Source: Thainema sp. | GTDB lineage: Bacteria; Cyanobacteriota; Cyanobacteriia; Phormidesmidales; Phormidesmidaceae | Direction of reading: 5' to 3' | Assembly: GCA_052168235.1 (NCBI GenBank) | Contig: JBQLZK010000044.1 | Span: forward strand, 1 to 62,881 | DNA length: 62,881 nt | Part shown: positions 61,053 to 62,881 of the stretch, one piece after another | How the letters are laid out: each line of letters begins with the position of its first letter | How positions within the stretch are numbered: the stretch's first letter is position 1 | The notes under the pieces: generated by a model | Seen by the model: only the letters and a program-made list of their open reading frames with translations | What the model was told of the DNA's origin: nothing | The model's database searches: none | Translations under genes and position numbers: made by a program

Positions 61053-61940
61053 TTACAGCAACTGAAGCGTTTCAAAGCAGCGACGAGTTAGCTCTAACCT
61101 AGCCTGAGCGTCATCGTCGTCCCGAATATCAATGTTGGTGGCAAAAAAGTAGACATTTCCAGCCTGCTCCACATAGCCAACGTACCAGCCAATTTGCTCC
61201 TGATCCGACTCACCAAAGCCAAACCAGCCCGTTTTAGCCCGAATCGTATAAGTAGGCGTTTGCTCCACAATCATGATGTCTTTGACGGTGGCCATGACCT
61301 CCGCTGAAAACGGTAGCTCGTTGCTGTACAGGCGACGCAGAAACTGAATCTGCTCCTCCGGTGTAATTCGCAGATCACCATCCAGCCAAAAGGTATCAAT
61401 ATCTGCCGCCGCTCCAATCGTTTGATTACCATAATCCGCCGCCGCCACCCACTGCTGCATCCGCTCATGCCCCACCCGCCGGGCAATCACCTGATAAAAC
61501 CAGACGGCTGACTGCTTGAATGCAAGACGCATATTAAAATCTCGATTCCAAGCCGGAACCATGCGCTCCACTCCATCCCAGGTCAGAATCGCGAGGTCAT
61601 CAGCAATTACACCCGTTTCCAGCGCAATTAGGGAATTCAGAATCTTGAACGTTGATGCAGGTAAAAATGCTGTGCTGTTGCGGCTGGGATTATGCTGATA
61701 GGTGCGATCGCGATTGAGGTCATAGATCAGGATCGAGCCTTCGACACCTAGATCTTGAAAATGCTGAGTAAATTCAGCCTGTACCTGATCGGCTGATGGA
61801 TCAAGCTCTGACTGAGCCAAGTGCGGCGTAGCAGACTCAACCACAGGTATCGCCCAAGTTGGTTGGCCGACCAGCACTACGATACTGCTTGCAATAGTGC
61901 TTGCGATCGCACAGCCGAACCATCGAGAAGTCAAATTCAT
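61053..61940 (-). CDS. Class D beta-lactamase-like serine enzyme with signal peptide
   Basis: PASTFKI (SxxK), SAVWFYQ (SxV), DYGN, FWLDGDLRI and AKTG motifs. Confidence 0.88.
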   Translation of the reverse strand: MNLTSRWFGCAIASTIASSIVVLVGQPTWAIPVVESATPHLAQSELDPSADQVQAEFTQHFQDLGVEGSILIYDLNRDRTYQHNPSRNSTAFLPASTFKILNSLIALETGVIADDLAILTWDGVERMVPAWNRDFNMRLAFKQSAVWFYQVIARRVGHERMQQWVAAADYGNQTIGAAADIDTFWLDGDLRITPEEQIQFLRRLYSNELPFSAEVMATVKDIMIVEQTPTYTIRAKTGWFGFGESDQEQIGWYVGYVEQAGNVYFFATNIDIRDDDDAQARLELTRRCFETLQLL

Positions 61941-62042
61941 GCGTCTAAGTTCCTCACACACAACGTTTTGACAGAACTTAGGGCACTACACCATGATTAG
62001 ACCCAATTCCAGACAACGTTCAGGAATCAGTAGACCAGCCAG

Positions 62043-62832
<790 letters not shown>

Positions 62833-62836
<4 letters not shown>

Positions 62837-62881
62837 CTATCCGAAAACCGATGTTGTTCGGGAGATGAGTGCTTAAGGTGA
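62833..62881. mobile_element. Probable end of an insertion sequence truncating the MNT gene
   Basis: MNT similarity stops abruptly at CTAA|GAACCTATCCGAAAACC, an IS-end-like sequence. The rest lies outside the window. Confidence 0.35.

Overview
Core chromosomal region of a cyanobacterium. The HIP1 octamer GCGATCGC occurs about once per kb. The hmp motility locus and glucosylglycerol-phosphate phosphatase suggest a motile, salt-tolerant and probably filamentous strain (inference). From left to right: a ccmK shell paralogue; the inducible CO2-uptake cluster ndhF3-ndhD3-cupA-cupS, interrupted by an antisense NUDIX gene and many REP/MITE-like repeats, with two NdhR-type operators upstream; housekeeping genes (rimM, radC, glgX, uppS-cdaA-lysA, rimI, clpC, truB, ndk); the type IV pilus chemosensory locus (PatA, CheY, CheW, MCP and CheA plus divergent hmpF) with very long acidic linkers; a K+ channel, argD, a GH10-like protein, a sulfotransferase, lepB, riboflavin synthase, a helical carotenoid protein, ggpP, tmRNA, psb35, a GluR0-like channel, a class D beta-lactamase-like gene and a doubly inactivated MNT-HEPN toxin-antitoxin pair. 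I found no CRISPR array, rRNA, tRNA, integrase or intact transposase. The most unusual signals are non-coding: (1) several families of very short TIR-bounded elements carrying long perfect hairpins, many with an apex equal to HIP1 or HIP1 minus one base; (2) a candidate three-hairpin ncRNA divergent from ndk; (3) a noncontiguous-operon arrangement inside the CO2-uptake cluster. All calls come from manual reading and recalled family motifs; no database search was run.
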